From Halioglobus sp. (GTDB lineage: Bacteria > Pseudomonadota > Gammaproteobacteria > Pseudomonadales > Halieaceae): 64,000 bases of DNA. The notes under the pieces were generated by a model that worked only from the letters and a program-made list of their open reading frames with translations, was not told where the DNA came from and ran no database searches. Every line of letters begins with the position of its first letter. Within the stretch, counting starts at the first letter, position 1. Of this stretch, positions 48,253-55,604 are shown piece after piece. The DNA lies in contig JAWKZK010000011.1 in assembly GCA_041396005.1 (NCBI GenBank), positions 67,779 through 131,778 of the forward strand, in the 5' to 3' direction. The translations under genes and the position numbers were made by a program.

Positions 48253-49293
48253 CTATTGGGCGGCGAGCGCGCCCAGCGGCTGCGCCGCGCTCTGGCGCAG
48301 GCGATAGTTGTAGCGCAGCACCGAAAAGCCCAGCAGCAGCTTGCGCCACAGCGGTGCGTCGGCGGCGGCTTCCATGAGGTCGTCGGGAAACAGGCTCTGG
48401 TACGTGGGAATGCCGTATTTGGCGCGGATATCTTCCAGCTGGGTGTCCCACTCGTCTTCCCAGGGAATGTCCATCATCACCGGTGCCGCGCGCCCGTGTT
48501 GCCAGCCCTCGTTGATGATCTGCATCAGCACGGTGAAACCGCGCTGGTCGTTGAAGGTGCCGATGGCCATGGCTGCCGCGAGAAACATCGACGAATAATT
48601 GTGGCCGAACTGCGCCAGCTGGAACGCCGAGATGGCGATCTCGCCGGTTCCCGTGGTTTTATACCCGGCTACCAGGTGCCAGACCTCATGCATCTGCAGA
48701 ATGCGGGCGTTCAGGTAGTGCAGCACGTGCGGCAGGTTGCTCAGGCCAATGTCATCGCGCTTGAGCACTTCCGGATCGTAGCCGTTATCCAGGATCAGCC
48801 GATGCAGGGCGTGGCCCAGCGTGCCCGGCGCGCATAGCGCGAGTGCGCTCATGTCGGTATAGCCGGGAATGGGGTTGCGCTGCGCCGCGGCCGCGCCGGG
48901 ATGGTTCAGCGCGTGCTGCTCGGCCAGCGGGCCGAAGTCCTCATGCAGCTCTGCACCCAGCGAGGCGACCGCCACGGTAATGCTGATGGCGTCGTAGCCT
49001 TCCTCCGGGCCCTCCACCACCTTCCAGAAGGCCTCCCAGAAGCTCTCGGTAAGCGGCGCTTCCGACAGGCCCTGCGGTATCGGCGGCGTGGGCCCCGAGC
49101 CCAGCCAGGCCGAGGCGATGTTGTCACACACCGCCGGCGTGGCGTCGGGGCAGGCAAAGGCCACCCAGGCCATCACTGCGGTGAGCTGCACGCGCCCTTC
49201 CAGTTTGCCGCGTTTGGCAGCGGCCACAGCCCGGGCAATGGTGGCTGCGTCGGTATACCGCGTGAGTTGCTGAAGTTGCTCCCGGTTGTTCAT
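48253..49293 (-). CDS. Coq4-family (HDxxH-like) protein
   Basis: PGTLGHA, QMHEVWHLVAGY....GEIAISAFQLAQ, GWQHGR, MDIPWE. Confidence 0.75.
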   Translation of the reverse strand: MNNREQLQQLTRYTDAATIARAVAAAKRGKLEGRVQLTAVMAWVAFACPDATPAVCDNIASAWLGSGPTPPIPQGLSEAPLTESFWEAFWKVVEGPEEGYDAISITVAVASLGAELHEDFGPLAEQHALNHPGAAAAQRNPIPGYTDMSALALCAPGTLGHALHRLILDNGYDPEVLKRDDIGLSNLPHVLHYLNARILQMHEVWHLVAGYKTTGTGEIAISAFQLAQFGHNYSSMFLAAAMAIGTFNDQRGFTVLMQIINEGWQHGRAAPVMMDIPWEDEWDTQLEDIRAKYGIPTYQSLFPDDLMEAAADAPLWRKLLLGFSVLRYNYRLRQSAAQPLGALAAQ

Positions 49294-49355
49294 TGCGCCT
49301 CCTCGCAGACGGACAATGCCGCTGCTCTGCGTGTTCTATGGCCTGTTATCGTTCT

Positions 49356-49387
49356 CGCGCCATGCGCCTTACGCGCCATGCGCCTTA
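49356..49387. repeat. Perfect 16-bp tandem duplication upstream of the Coq4-like gene
   Basis: CGCGCCATGCGCCTTA twice. Confidence 0.9.
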
Positions 49388-49486
49388 AAGTATACGCCAT
49401 GGGGACAAAACCGCACACAAGACCCGATACCACCAAACACAGCCCGCCAATCGCGTGTGCGTGCCAAAACCGGTCTGGGGCCCAGT

Positions 49487-49744
49487 TTAAAAAAAGTACT
49501 TGTAGGCGGCATAAATAGCGGCGACGCCGATGGCGAGTATGACGATACGGCCGATACCCGTTTCGGCGTTGGGCGGCTGCAGCGATGTGATCTCGGGGTG
49601 CGCATTCACATAGTCATCAACCAGGGCTTTGGCACTTTTTAGGTCAATGCCCTTGTGCGCACGAAGCATCTTGATGGCACTGATCTTGCGGCCTGCCTTA
49701 AGCTCAGCCACCACGTCATCCGGCAGATCGATTGGGGTGGTCAT
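49487..49744 (-). CDS. Small protein with a ribosomal L7/L12-C-like domain and a C-terminal TM helix
   Basis: GRKISAIKMLR...DLKSAKALVD motif followed by a hydrophobic tail. Confidence 0.65.
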   Translation of the reverse strand: MTTPIDLPDDVVAELKAGRKISAIKMLRAHKGIDLKSAKALVDDYVNAHPEITSLQPPNAETGIGRIVILAIGVAAIYAAYKYFF

Positions 49745-49863
49745 CGGCAAACCTCGCTGGGCCACGGTGAGGCTACTGTGCCGCCTGCAAAGACTTTGCG
49801 CTGATAGTCTTTATGAACACCAAGGCAGCCATTGTGATCGTCGTCCTGCAACTGGCTCGCTCG

Positions 49864-49958
49864 GGCAACAATGGCGAAGCCATGCCCTGGCAAGTGCGGA
49901 GCGCTGGCCGACCGAGCGAGCTTGCGAGCGACCTGATCGCCTGTGACGCATTATTAGC
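49864..49958 (-). mobile_element. Eroded attC remnant at the distal end of the array
   Basis: Top strand GCTAATAATGCGTCACAGGCG...GCTCGCAAGCTCGC...: an attC-like left arm with AAC changed to AAT, and no matching right arm. Confidence 0.4.
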
Positions 49959-50346
49959 AGCCACATGACACAATCCGGCCTGCTTTGCCCTCCGTACCTT
50001 CGGTGGCATAACCGTCACGCTTCCACCAATCGATGCCACCCATCAGCTCTTTGACCGTAAACCCGAGCCTCGCCAAATTGAGCGCACCCTTCGTCGACGC
50101 GTTGCAACCGATGCCATCGCAGTACGTAACATACATCGCGGATCTGTCGAGGTGCAAGGTGCTTTCCTCGGTCATGACGCGGTGCGGGATATTCAATGCA
50201 TTCGGAATATGCTCGCGTTCGTATGCCTCCGAAGAGCGTGCATCGATAACCTTCACCTTCGCTTTTTCCTGCAAAGTCTCAAACAAATCCGATGAATCAA
50301 TCTCGAATTGGAGCTTGGCTTCATAAAAACTGATTTGATCAACCAT
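49954..50346 (-). CDS. Rhodanese-like domain protein (cassette)
   Basis: VIDARSSEAYEREHIPNA, YCDGIGCNASTKGA, LMGGIDWW. Confidence 0.9.
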   Translation of the reverse strand: MVDQISFYEAKLQFEIDSSDLFETLQEKAKVKVIDARSSEAYEREHIPNALNIPHRVMTEESTLHLDRSAMYVTYCDGIGCNASTKGALNLARLGFTVKELMGGIDWWKRDGYATEGTEGKAGRIVSCGC

Positions 50347-50364
50347 TGGCACGATCCTTTTCAC

Positions 50365-50439
50365 GTATAACGCGTCAATAACCGGCGCAGCGTTGCGGCG
50401 TCCGGCGCCGTAGCCCCAAAGTTCATTGCCATGTTGGCA
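50365..50439 (-). mobile_element. attC site (canonical)
   Basis: TGCCAAC-ATGGC-AATGAACT...GGTTATT-GACGC-GTTATAC; L boxes pair with one extrahelical G. Confidence 0.9.
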
Positions 50440-50458
50440 CTTTGAATCCCAGGCGAAT

Positions 50459-50809
50459 TCATGACCTCAGAATCTTTTCCATAGATCTGCCCTTGGCAAG
50501 CTCATCGATCAGTTTATCGAGGTAGCGAATATTGCGCATGAGTGGGTCTTCGACCTCCTCAACACGAACCCCACATACCACTCCCCTGATGAGGGATGCG
50601 CTGCGATTGATTGCCGGCGCCTCGGCAAAGAATGCGGCCACGTCATTCTCGCTGCCAACCTGCTTTGCCAGGTCGTCAGCGCTGAAAGCTGTGAGCCAAC
50701 AAATAATCTGAACGACCTCCTCTTCTGTTCGTTTCTTCTTCTCGGCTTTCTGGACATAGAGAGAATAGATCTTTGAGAAAGCCATAGAGAAGACTTTGTG
50801 ATCAGACAT
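50459..50809 (-). CDS. DUF2200 family protein (cassette)
   Basis: [51 protein letters not shown]. Confidence 0.9.
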   Translation of the reverse strand: MSDHKVFSMAFSKIYSLYVQKAEKKKRTEEEVVQIICWLTAFSADDLAKQVGSENDVAAFFAEAPAINRSASLIRGVVCGVRVEEVEDPLMRNIRYLDKLIDELAKGRSMEKILRS

Positions 50810-50827
50810 TTCTTCGTCTCCCGAGTG

Positions 50828-50853
50828 CGCCAACGCTTCAATCCTTGGCCACG
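50828..50853 (-). mobile_element. attC right half only
   Basis: Top strand CAAGGAT-TGAAGC-GTTGGCG; the left arm is missing. Confidence 0.6.
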
Positions 50854-50893
50854 GAAAAACCTCGAAATGTATTCTCCCGTACCGATCAAGTAA

Positions 50894-51529
50894 CTAGACG
50901 TATTGAACGCGGTTGCGAACTCTTCTCAATCGTGTCTGCAAGAGCAACAGAGCCATAACTAGCAATGCTGCTGTTGGTGGCGTAGAAATTTCATGCAATT
51001 CCGCATCAATACGCAAGGAAATATCGTACCCGGTGCTCGTTCGCCACTCCCAGTTTGACCAGGTTCCTCTCGCTGCGCCATTCTCAAGAGGCTTGGGGGA
51101 GTCCATGGGCATAAACCCCCTGAATGTCTGAAATTCATCGACGCCAAAAACAATCCAGTAGTTGCCAGAAGCAAGATCAAGATCAATATCATAGACCCCA
51201 TTGTAGCCACCTTGAGGGCTCCCAAAACGATAATCCGCTTTTGAGTCGAAATAGACATCCAGGTCATTGGGCTTGTCATCGAGAGAACCGAGAACCATCA
51301 GGTTGAATGTGCCAACAATGACTTCCCCGCTCATCCAGCCTTCAATGCTGTTGAGCGTATACGGCGAATCCAAAGTTATATACCCAGCAAGTTCCTGTAC
51401 GCCGGCTCTCAAGGTTCCACCAGCATTCTTTTGAATTGGCTCGCCGGTATCGATGATTAGAGATGCAAAAGTCCATGGGGCATTTAGCATGAGAATTGCG
51501 AGGGTATAGGCTTTCAATATTGGCGGCAC
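50894..51529 (-). CDS. Exported protein with a PEP-CTERM-like C-terminal sorting tail (inside the cassette array)
   Basis: Signal peptide ending in FA; tail EISTPPTAALLVMALLLLQTRLRRVRNR; GTG start after AAGGA. Confidence 0.7.
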   Translation of the reverse strand: MPPILKAYTLAILMLNAPWTFASLIIDTGEPIQKNAGGTLRAGVQELAGYITLDSPYTLNSIEGWMSGEVIVGTFNLMVLGSLDDKPNDLDVYFDSKADYRFGSPQGGYNGVYDIDLDLASGNYWIVFGVDEFQTFRGFMPMDSPKPLENGAARGTWSNWEWRTSTGYDISLRIDAELHEISTPPTAALLVMALLLLQTRLRRVRNRVQYV

Positions 51530-51569
51530 CTGGGTGTTCCTTATTGCTCTTCCACCTGATTATGTTAGC

Positions 51570-51735
51570 TGAGAACGAAAGCGTTCGCCTGATTAATGTC
51601 CGCTCATCTGGAAGGTGCTTTCGCCAGCGCAATGTTTCGAGACATGAAGTGTGCCCAGTGAAGCTCGCGGCAGCCCGCGCGCTGTAAACGCGTCCGGCTA
51701 GCGAAGGGAGTGCGCTACCCGCACCTGTTGAGGTG
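51570..51735 (-). mobile_element. Degenerate attC-like sequence(s)
   Basis: CCTCAAC left core at 51727-33; GCGTCCGG central motif shared with the 50365 and 53976 sites; right core damaged; possible GTTCTCA core at 51570-76. Confidence 0.45.
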
Positions 51736-51967
51736 CCTCACGGAGCCTACTACGACCAGTGCGCCACAACGCCCATAACGTCGGCCGAACCAGTACTGCA
51801 GCCTCAGGTACAGATACAACTAGTAGACGATCGCTGGGACAGCTCTCGAATAGACACAGAATCCGGGGTGCTGAGCATGCTCCCCAACCAGAGGTTTTCA
51901 GACTGGCTGTACAGGCGAAGACCGCACCCGCCAGGGCGTATGTGTTGTCGAGCCTCCAGTCAGTAGA

Positions 51968-52420
51968 CTAGTAGACTTCGTAGGTAAAAAGATTCCAAAC
52001 GTTGGGAACGGGAACTGCAACGCCGTTTTCTTCGTAGGGTGCATATTCGAACTGGGCTGCGGCCTCCAGAGCAGAATTTGAGAAAACGCCTTCGGGATAT
52101 TCATCGATAATTCGTAGATTTTCCATGTCGCCCGATTCCGTAATATTGTAGACCACCAGCACCCATCCTGTTTTTCTCCGATCTAGTGCTCTAGGCGGGT
52201 AGCCAGGCGCGACTTTTTTGGTGGGAAGGTAGTTTCCGACTGGAAGATCGATACCCCGAGACCTGGCTTCCTTTGCCTGGGCCTGCGACGCACGAAGGTT
52301 TACGGATTGATCGAGGCCATAAGCAGACAGGCCAGGAAGGGGGGTCTTCCTTGTAGCTTCGCCCGTATTGGCGCAGGCCACTAGCGTCGAAACCAGGAGG
52401 ATTATCAATAGTCCATTCAT
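51968..52420 (-). CDS. TonB C-terminal domain lipoprotein (cassette)
   Basis: Lipobox LVAC; PGYPPRAL...GWVLVVYNITESG..N.RII....VFSNSALEAAAQFEYAP. Confidence 0.85.
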   Translation of the reverse strand: MNGLLIILLVSTLVACANTGEATRKTPLPGLSAYGLDQSVNLRASQAQAKEARSRGIDLPVGNYLPTKKVAPGYPPRALDRRKTGWVLVVYNITESGDMENLRIIDEYPEGVFSNSALEAAAQFEYAPYEENGVAVPVPNVWNLFTYEVY

Positions 52421-52456
52421 ATGTTCACTGCTCGGCCGGTTCTGTAACGCTAAGGA

Positions 52457-52504
52457 AGCCAACGCCGGTAAGCTTTTGGTGAGCGATTGACCGTCTGGTT
52501 ATGG
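52457..52504 (-). mobile_element. attC site, shortened
   Basis: CCATAAC core overlapping the upstream stop codon; GTTGGCT core; only 48 bp, with weak L-box pairing. Confidence 0.65.
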
Positions 52505-52813
52505 CTCTCGGGTAATGATCTCATAGACTGCGGATATCCCACCATCCAGAAAGGTGTTCACGATAAAGGGTACGATCGCTCCTATCATCAGCCCCCAGAA
52601 CAACGAGAATACCAACGAGTTTTCCTTTCTCGATTGTGTTGGCCAGATGGACTCCAATTGCAGTGCGACGATGATCATCACGAGTGCTGACAAGCCAACA
52701 AAATAACCAATCACCGGGGATGCCGATGATCCGAGTATAACCAGGACCACAACGATCAACACGCCAAGCAAAGACTTCACTTGTGGCCTTGCAAGACCAT
52801 GGCCTCTAAACAT
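52499..52813 (-). CDS. Small three-TM hypothetical protein (cassette)
   Basis: Hydrophobic ORF; its stop TAA lies in the attC core CCATAAC; the 5' core GTTATGG is complementary. Confidence 0.7.
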   Translation of the reverse strand: MFRGHGLARPQVKSLLGVLIVVVLVILGSSASPVIGYFVGLSALVMIIVALQLESIWPTQSRKENSLVFSLFWGLMIGAIVPFIVNTFLDGGISAVYEIITREP

Positions 52814-52839
52814 ATTTACGTTGACCCTGCGGCAAAGTG

Positions 52840-52894
52840 CCATAACGCCTCAAGAAGAGCGGTTAAACCGCTCCGGTTGAGCGACATGTTAGGC
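52840..52894 (-). mobile_element. attC site
   Basis: GCCTAAC...GAGCGGTTTAACCGCTC hairpin...GTTATGG; 55 bp. Confidence 0.85.
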
Positions 52895-53326
52895 GGCATC
52901 GGGCACCAAACGCTTGGCGTAGAAGATGTTTGAATGCCCTTGTGGATGGTCGGCGACGGTCGCTCGCTTTTCGTAGCCAAGCCGCTTGTAGAACCAGGGT
53001 GCCTGGAAGCTGTGAGACGAGACGAGTACGACCGCGCAACCCTTGCTCCTTGCGTTGTCCTCGGCGCCTTGCAACAGCGCCCTACCAAGTCCTTGCCTTC
53101 GTTGTGCCTCAGCTACCCAGAGATGCGAGATGAAGCAGCAGCCGCCCCAGGTATACCCGGAGATGCCCGCGAGGATGGCGCCCAAGTTGTTTCGCTGGAT
53201 CAGGCTGAACGACTCTCCATCGAAGTACCCCGTCACCTTGGAGTTGAACTCATAGATGCGGTCTGCCAGGAATGCCTCAATCTCCTGGCAGTCGCCAACA
53301 CGAAGTTCGATGGGAGGGTGTTTCAT
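52889..53326 (-). CDS. GNAT family N-acetyltransferase (cassette)
   Basis: LWVAEAQRRQGLGRALL, SSHSFQAPWFYKRLGYE. Confidence 0.92.
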   Translation of the reverse strand: MKHPPIELRVGDCQEIEAFLADRIYEFNSKVTGYFDGESFSLIQRNNLGAILAGISGYTWGGCCFISHLWVAEAQRRQGLGRALLQGAEDNARSKGCAVVLVSSHSFQAPWFYKRLGYEKRATVADHPQGHSNIFYAKRLVPDAA

Positions 53327-53329
53327 GCC

Positions 53330-53383
53330 GCCTAACGCCGCAGGCTGAGGCCGCTGTAAGTCCGTTGCTGCGCCCTGTTAGCT
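53330..53383 (-). mobile_element. attC site
   Basis: AGCTAAC...GTTAGGC; 54 bp; contains the upstream stop codon. Confidence 0.85.
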
Positions 53384-53956
53384 TTCATTTAACAGCACGT
53401 ACTCTCTGATGCCATTTACTAAACTCTGTGGATTTTCTTTGTAGAAGTTGGATGCCCATATCTCAACATTTCTTAAGAAATCAGTAAGATCCTTTTTGGC
53501 AGATAGTATCAAGTCACTTACTTCTGTTTGGCTAAATTCTATACTGATAGCCTTTTCATTGGCAGGCTCATCGCTCCACAATGTAATCTGATCTCCATTA
53601 AATATAAATGTAGGGCTTGGATCGTGCCCCATCCAATTGCTCTTATGCTGAGGCAGGCCTTCAATTACATCTTTCCAATCCTGAAAGTCTGCACAGCAAG
53701 ACGGTTTGATGGACACTCCATTTTTCTCGAATAGCGCACCACCACCAAGCGCTATTTCCTCGCTCAGATAAAGAGCACTAATAAACTCTGAATCTAAAGC
53801 CAATTCATTGAACTCGAGTAAAGACCCTATAAAAACTCCAATCTCATTTTGAGTGGTATTTCCATCTAAGATGATGGTTCCTGTGCGTTTCGGGAATTCC
53901 ACCTTAAATGCGTATTTCTCAACATCGAAATAATAGATATCGAAACATATCTTCAT
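53378..53956 (-). CDS. Hypothetical protein (cassette), AT-rich
   Basis: 192-aa ORF with PSCC..FQDW and WMGHDPSP motifs; bounded by complementary cores GTTAGCT / AGCTAAC. Confidence 0.8.
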   Translation of the reverse strand: MKICFDIYYFDVEKYAFKVEFPKRTGTIILDGNTTQNEIGVFIGSLLEFNELALDSEFISALYLSEEIALGGGALFEKNGVSIKPSCCADFQDWKDVIEGLPQHKSNWMGHDPSPTFIFNGDQITLWSDEPANEKAISIEFSQTEVSDLILSAKKDLTDFLRNVEIWASNFYKENPQSLVNGIREYVLLNES

Positions 53957-53975
53957 TTATTTAACGCTCTAAGGA

Positions 53976-54059
53976 AGCTAACGCCTACCGCTGCGGCGCG
54001 GAAACCGCGCAGCGGTTTTTGCGTCCGGCCCCGCAGGTGCGCACAGCCGGTTGTTATGT
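53976..54059 (-). mobile_element. attC site
   Basis: ACATAAC...GTTAGCT; 84 bp; GC-rich internal stem. Confidence 0.85.
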
Positions 54060-54329
54060 GTGTTTCTTAACCCCGTGATCATAGTCAATCTGCTCCTCAC
54101 TACCTGTAGCAATATAGTCGCTTATTCCTTGGCGCTTGTGCCCTGGCAACGACGGAGGTGGATTTGACATCCAGCCATAGAACACCAAACCGACTAGTGG
54201 GATAAGAAGAACGATACTCCAAAGTGTCTTCGCATATAAAGGTCGATAACTACGCCATAGAAAGAAATATGTGAATAGAACAATCACATAATTCACGGCG
54301 AGAAAAACTATAGCTCCAAGGTTATCCAC
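54054..54329 (-). CDS. Small two-TM protein, PLDc_N-like (cassette)
   Basis: KTLWSIVLLIPLVGLVFY motif; stop codon in the attC core. Confidence 0.7.
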   Translation of the reverse strand: MDNLGAIVFLAVNYVIVLFTYFFLWRSYRPLYAKTLWSIVLLIPLVGLVFYGWMSNPPPSLPGHKRQGISDYIATGSEEQIDYDHGVKKHT

Positions 54330-54335
54330 GATGCC

Positions 54336-54821
54336 TCAGCCCACATAACGCTTCAGGTTGCGGCGGTACGCCGTCCGCAACCCTGACTGGTTATGGTGCA
54401 CATATTGAACCCCACGATGAGCAACCCACACTCCAAGAAGCGTACCAATCACGTAAGGAATGCCAAAACTAAGCAGAGTACCTAGGGCGAGAATGTCGAA
54501 TGAAATGAAAAGGAGCGACGATATGTGGGCATCCGTTGGTATGACCATGACCAGAGCTAGAAATAGGCCAAAGGAATAGAGACTTAAGACGACTACTGCT
54601 AGGCCATAGAGCACTCCTAAAAAATTTAGGAAAAATCCCGAGGCAAAGCGATGAAACATGAACTTGGCTTGCAGGTACCACGCCCATGCGACTGCAAGAA
54701 GAGTTAGAGGGACGCCGTAGAAGGTAAACAAAAATAGTGATTTGATCACAAGGCAAATCGCTGCAGAGCTCAACCCAGCACCTATTGCAGCGACGATAGC
54801 GGCCTCAGTGCGCGGGCTCAA
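54336..54821 (-). CDS. Four-TM hypothetical membrane protein (cassette) that reads through its attC
   Basis: Hydrophobic ORF with a TTG start; the last about 20 codons are encoded by the attC sequence. Confidence 0.7.
   Translation of the reverse strand: MSPRTEAAIVAAIGAGLSSAAICLVIKSLFLFTFYGVPLTLLAVAWAWYLQAKFMFHRFASGFFLNFLGVLYGLAVVVLSLYSFGLFLALVMVIPTDAHISSLLFISFDILALGTLLSFGIPYVIGTLLGVWVAHRGVQYVHHNQSGLRTAYRRNLKRYVG
54343..54396 (-). mobile_element. attC site (canonical)
   Basis: CCATAAC-CAGTC-AGGGTTGC...GCAACCT-GAAGC-GTTATGT; 54 bp. Confidence 0.92.
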
Positions 54822-54827
54822 CGTGCA

Positions 54828-54881
54828 CCATAACGCCAGCGGTTGCGGCTGTAGGTCGTCAGTAACCCGTATTTGTTATGT
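54828..54881 (-). mobile_element. attC site (canonical)
   Basis: ACATAAC-AAATA-CGGGTTAC...GCAACCG-CTGGC-GTTATGG; 54 bp. Confidence 0.9.
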
Positions 54882-54900
54882 TTCTGGGAAGCTGGTAAAG

Positions 54901-54927
54901 TGTGTATATATTTCATATTTATACACA
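54901..54927 (+). promoter_or_regulatory. Palindromic operator of vapBC
   Basis: TGTGTATA-N11-TATACACA, 11 bp upstream of the vapB ATG. Confidence 0.7.
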
Positions 54928-54938
54928 TAGGTAATGTT

Positions 54939-55133
54939 ATGAGAACCAACATTGTCATAGATGATCAATTAATGGCAGATGCTCTAAAGGCTACTGGATT
55001 GAGCACCAAGAAGGAAGCTGTTGAGGAAGGCCTGAGGCTACTTATTCGGAGAAAGAAACAACAGAAAATCCGAAAGCTGCGAGGAAAGCTGAAGTGGGAA
55101 GGTAACCTGGATGAGATGCGAGACGCCTCGTGA
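54939..55133 (+). CDS. vapB: VapB antitoxin (DUF2191 type)
   Basis: MRTNIVIDDQLMADAL...TKKEAVEEGLRLL; GTGA overlap with vapC. Confidence 0.92.
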   Translation: MRTNIVIDDQLMADALKATGLSTKKEAVEEGLRLLIRRKKQQKIRKLRGKLKWEGNLDEMRDAS

Positions 55134-55531
55134 TACTTGTCGATACCAGCGTATGGATCGACTATTTTAATGGTATTGAGAATGCACAAACCCATTCGCT
55201 GGATACCGCCCTAGAAGAAGGCACAGTTGCCATAGGTGATCTAATCTTTCTGGAGGTACTTCAAGGCTTCAAAAACGACAAAGATTTCCGAACAGCAAAG
55301 AGCACACTGAAGACACTGGATATATATGAATTACTGGGCAAAAAAATGGCCTTAAAGAGTGCCGAATATTATCGCACACTGCGAAAAAAGGGAATCACGA
55401 TACGAAAAACGAACGATGTGATAATCGCTACTTTTTGCATTGAGAATAGAATCCCTCTTCTTTTTAGTGATAGAGATTTTTTTCCATTCGTCGATCATCT
55501 GAAACTACGCGCCGTAGTCGAGGAAACATAA
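55130..55531 (+). CDS. vapC: VapC PIN-domain toxin
   Basis: ILVDTSVWIDYF, LEVLQG, TNDVIIA, LLFSDRDF. Confidence 0.95.
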   Translation: MILVDTSVWIDYFNGIENAQTHSLDTALEEGTVAIGDLIFLEVLQGFKNDKDFRTAKSTLKTLDIYELLGKKMALKSAEYYRTLRKKGITIRKTNDVIIATFCIENRIPLLFSDRDFFPFVDHLKLRAVVEET

Positions 55532-55585
55532 CGCTTCAAGCACCGGCGGTGAAAAATGGAGCCGGCTGAGCTACTCTTGACTGTG
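55526..55585 (-). mobile_element. Array-proximal attC (right half intact, left half degenerate)
   Basis: Top strand CGGTGCT-TGAAGC-GTTATGT; same TGAAGC spacer as the 50828 and 54343 sites. Confidence 0.65.
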
Positions 55586-55604
55586 TTTAAAAGGGGATCT
55601 TGCC

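Larger units (their letters stand above)
49864..55585 (-). mobile_element. Integron gene-cassette array lacking an adjacent integrase (CALIN)
   Basis: Short, mostly minus-strand, visibly lower-GC ORFs separated by attC-type inverted repeats (RYYYAAC...GTTRRRY). Each intact cassette's 5' core complements its own 3' core. No intI on either side. Confidence 0.92.

Noticed and set aside
49487-49744. rplL (ribosomal protein L7/L12)
   Set aside because: Only the C-terminal-like fold is present, followed by a TM helix; it is not in an rplJL-rpoB context.
51736-51967. Additional intact cassette gene between the degenerate attC and the TonB-like gene
   Set aside because: Only a start-less, partly hydrophobic minus-strand reading frame is present; at most an eroded remnant, so it was not called.
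49864-55585. CRISPR array or REP/BIME interpretation of the intergenic repeats
   Set aside because: The repeats are not identical, are separated by whole genes and have attC core/L-box architecture; there are no cas genes.
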